NCBI GenBank assembly: GCA_040437565.1
Contig: JBDOQK010000017.1
Location: forward strand, 248,001 to 312,000
Direction: 5' to 3'
From: Albugo candida
Lineage: Eukaryota
DNA: 64,000 nucleotides
The notes beneath the pieces were generated by a model, which did no database searches, was not told the origin of the DNA, and saw only the letters and a program-made list of their open reading frames with translations. The position numbers and the translations under genes were made by a program. Of this stretch, positions 60,446 through 64,000 are shown piece after piece. Numbering within the stretch: position 1 is the stretch's first letter; every line of letters starts with the position of its first letter.

Positions 60446-61517
60446 ATGGGAGTGCGTGATGGCTCTCGAGCATGCAATTCAATTCAACAGCACGAACCGA
60501 AGCAGCGGAAAGGAAACTACGTAGCCAATATCGATCCGAAGAAAAATCTATTCAGCAAGTCCTGTTCGTTACCAGCCGATATCACCGACTTATCTTCCGA
60601 AGAACGTGGTCTCGATTTACAGCAACTTGACAAAGACGTAATAATCACTCATGGTGACAACACAAAGCGTAAAATACGTAGTCATCGTCGTTCCGTATCG
60701 TTTACTAGCGCAGAAATTATCGAATTCGAACCAACATTCCATACTGCAACAGTAGCATCTTATGGTGTAACTATCGGACTTTCTCACAAAGTTCGATGTC
60801 GTGCACATTATCGCATTGACATTTGGGAAGATCAACGTTTTGAAAAGTAAGTTCGTTACCGTTTCGCTCTTGTTTTGCTGACTCGAGCATAGTCGTATAG
60901 ACCGTCAAGAGTACATGGAGCGTGGTTATTTGGAGCCTCAAGAACGAATCGATATATTACAAAACTGCGGAGTCGAGATCGGTCTTCTGGAGGCTCTATC
61001 TTTCGACGAGGATTGGAGCCCTGAGAATGTCGATTCTGTTTATCAACAGGAACTCGCGGATATACCGCTACTCGAATATGATGAAGCTGCCAGCTCGGAA
61101 GATGATGAATATGATTACCGAGAAGAAGTGGCACATGAATTGTCAGGCGAGTGGGCACATGAAGTTTTAGTCGAACTTGATAAGAAATCAACCCATGCAT
61201 CGACGCATGAATTGGTGAATCAATCGACGCATGAATTGGTGAATGAATCGACGCATGAATTCGTGGATGAATCGACGCATGAATTGGTGAGTGAATCGAC
61301 GCATGAATTGGTGAATCAATCGACGCATGAATCGGAGAATGAATTGAATGCTCGATGTCAATCCGATGACAGGAGTCTGGTTCGTACACTACCACATTTT
61401 GGAATTACTGATAGACATATGGAATCCTCTTGTCGTGATTATGGCATCCATTATGTAAACTCATGGTACCATTCATACAACCTTTCTGTCGAAACAGATT
61501 TGTTGCTTGTGTTATGA
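60446..61517 (+). CDS. Hypothetical protein with CSRNP-N-like segment and 8-aa tandem repeats; intron 60847-60892
   Basis: A 46-nt GT-AG intron with a CTGAC branch site joins the two ORFs in frame: RRSVSFTSAEIIEFEPT...YGVTIGLS...WEDQRFENRIDRQEYMERGYLEPQERIDILQNCG. The family call is from motif resemblance only. Confidence 0.72.
61200..61343 (+). repeat. Coding minisatellite, 6 x 24 bp (STHELVNE)
   Basis: TCGACGCATGAATTGGTGAAT(C/G)AA units in tandem, without spacers. Confidence 0.93.
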
Positions 61518-63516
61518 AGCGATAATTATATCATAAATGTATCATACNNNNNNNNNNNNNNNNNNNNNNNNNNNNNNNNNNNNNNNNNNNNNNNNNNNNN
61601 NNNNNNNNNNNNNNNNNNNNNNNNNNNNNNNNNNNNNNNNNNNNNNNTTCATACAACCTTTCTGTCGAAACAGATTTGTTGCTTGTGTTATGAAGCGATA
61701 ATTATATCATAAATGTATCATACTATTGTGTATTACAGAACCGTATACAATTGCTGATTAAACGCTATTTACCATATCTTATCGTGACCTCCCAAATATA
61801 ACCAAGCGAGATCAGCCTGATCATAATGATTATTGTAGATTGAACTTGGGAGATCACAGAAATATGGGACTGTTACGTAGATCTCACAGTATTCGACAAA
61901 GCATGTGTGCTACACAACGGTGAGCTAATGTGATCTGTGATCCATTCGACCGACAAATTCTCTTTTGGATAGCTAACCTAACCGAAAGGAGGACGCAGTA
62001 ATAGCAACAATGCCATTTCAAGTTCGACCGATCATCCATTCTCTTCTACAGTATGTATTTAGCTGGTTGTTTTTGAGTCCTATAGATTTATACTTGAATG
62101 AAAGGTAGTGCTGTAGGGTATAGAGTGATCCTGCAAATAACATTCTCAGAGCACGAGCATCGGTCATAACGGGGCCTAAAGCGCGATACAGGGATTAACT
62201 TGAAGAAAAACGTCGTGAGCAACGCGGTACTTGATACGAGACGAAGAGAAGGATTGGTCGAATATCTACGTTTATTAAACACCATAAGAACACGACCTGG
62301 TTTCCCGTGTTTGCAAGACGTTTACATCGGGTGAGAAGCTCACAGTTCGGAGGTTGGAAAGCTTTCGTACAAGGGCTCGATGTCGCACCGCAGTTTCTGA
62401 GTGATGTCGCATGAAGAAAACCAGTATTCGTTTGATCGGTTGCCGTATAAAACAAAAAGATGATCATTGCGCCATATAAAATGTTGGAGGAAACCATCGC
62501 TGCTTGACTGTAGCTGGTAAATGTCAAACTGCACTGACTTTTGAAATTGAAAAATGAGATATTCAGGTACAGTGGAATACCAGCCAGGCAATGAAATATC
62601 AGAATCTCTATAAATACAGTAATCAGATCAGTATCATCGAACCCAATTGTATGGAGTGGGTTGAATATTACCAACATTTCTACTTCCCATTCACCTGACT
62701 TTTTTCGCCGCTTTTACTTTTCCTCTTGACTTTTCTTGTCGCTGTTCCCATTTCATCTGATCTTCCGATTCGCCTTTCCCTACCCATCTGACTTTCCTTG
62801 TCGCCTTTATCTTTCCACTTGACTTTTCATGCCATTTTTCTTTCTCACAGCAAGAGAGGGTGTTCCTAGAACAATTACTTCAATATTTCATCTCCTTATA
62901 GGTTGATGCCTTTACAATAACCTAAGTACCGATGTCAAGTCATGTACGCCTTCGAGTATTTTCCATGCGCGACGGATTTTCTGTTAGCTCGATCACGAAT
63001 AGTATTCGTCCTATCAATGTCCGATATTATTGAGCAAATGCTCCGATCAAAGTATTCGCTGCTATTGATCTTCACTTCGAAGGCTCTAACAAGATAGGCC
63101 AAGATTCTGTTCCGATCGGATCTTCATATGCAAACGTTCAAATGGCTCAAGTCGGCAAATACAAAGCTCAAATTGTTTTCATGAAAGGTCCCATCCGTTT
63201 GAATGACGCGAAGAAGAAAGAAGCTAACCAGAATCACACTGTAAGCTCTCAGAGCCGATCATATTATCATTTCTGGGGAATGCTTTCTCGAGTGCTTCCG
63301 GTATTTGTCGTGTGCGCATTGTCAAAAAGATGCAAACATGAGATATCCGAACCTCACAAGATACGGCGCTCTTCATAGCCTATGAAAATCAGAAATACCA
63401 GTCACGTCGTCCGTGCCATCAGAAACATCGTAAAGAAACGATCAAGGTACATCGGGAGGTACTTCGGGATATTGAGGTAGCTTAATCAACTACACATACA
63501 TGTCGGAATGTAAGCT

Positions 63517-64000
63517 AGCCGTTTATAGACCGTGAAGAGTACATGGCGCGTGGTGGGGTCCGCCCCAGCTCAGTCGGTTAAGTACTTGAGCGCACGGACC
63601 CCCTGCCGGAGGTCGTTAGTTCGATCCCCGGCAGTGTGGTCAGCGGTTTGAGCTCACCCAAGCAATAAGCCTTGGAAAATATCTGCCTCCCTAGGTTTGA
63701 AGTCAGACTTAAGTGAGATTCAAACGGTCAGGGGCACATGATAGGAAGGAAGGTAGTTAAAGAACTAGATAAACAGTGTAATGAAATCCTTGACAAAGTA
63801 CATGGAGCGTGGTTATTTAGAGCCTCAAGAACGAATCGATATATTACAAAACTGCGGAATCGAGATTGGTGTTCTGGAGGCTCTATGTTTCGACGATGAT
63901 TGGAGCCCGGAGAATGTGGATTCTGTTTATCAACAGGAACTCGCGGATATACCGCTACTCGAATATGATGAAGCTGCCAGCTCGGAAGATTTTGAAAATG
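63517..64000 (+). pseudogene. Paralog fragment of exon 2 of the 60446-61517 gene, interrupted by a SINE; runs off the window
   Basis: Near-identical to 60890-~61110 apart from the SINE. No homology to exon 1 was seen upstream. Confidence 0.8.
63555..63796 (+). mobile_element. Full-length tRNA-derived SINE (242 bp) with 17-bp TSD
   Basis: A-box AGCTCAGTCGG (63567-63577) and B-box GTTCGATCC (63619-63627). TSD AGTACATGG(C/A)GCGTGGT at 63538-63554 and 63797-63813. The empty site is at 60910-60926. Confidence 0.94.

Noticed and set aside
61200..61343. CRISPR-like array
   Set aside because: The 24-bp units are contiguous with no unique spacers and lie in frame within a eukaryotic exon. No cas genes are present.
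63555..63640. Functional tRNA gene, or HDV-like/hammerhead ribozyme in the SINE head
   Set aside because: There is no acceptor stem or anticodon arm. I could not place the HDV P3/L3/P1.1 elements or the hammerhead CUGAUGA/GAAA core by eye. A covariance-model search would be decisive.

Overview
Eukaryotic, intron-containing DNA from an oomycete, most likely Albugo (white rust). This is inferred from a CHxC/CCG effector motif, ~46-nt GT-AG introns, oomycete INR/FPR-type core promoters and flagellum-associated genes. Two gene-dense blocks flank a ~41-kb gene-sparse region. The left block (3.2-12.3 kb) holds SPATA17-like, PITH, LRR and three MARVEL/CASP-like genes. The right block (53-61.5 kb) holds LEA-like, WDR77/MEP50-like, MARVEL, ETF-alpha and CSRNP-like genes. 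The sparse region contains a Tc1/mariner element, a chromodomain Ty3/Gypsy remnant, a decayed L1/Tx1 LINE, and an inverted segmental duplication carrying LEA-like genes and CHxC effector (pseudo)genes. A ~240-bp tRNA-derived SINE family occurs four independent times; three copies have readable target-site duplications and two have empty sites within the window. Six of the ten 100-N gaps are flanked by apparently identical repeats, which are most likely assembly artefacts. I found no well-supported new biological system. The best leads are the double-hairpin SINE, the frameshifted CHxC effector within the LEA/effector duplicon, and the membrane-anchored LEA protein.
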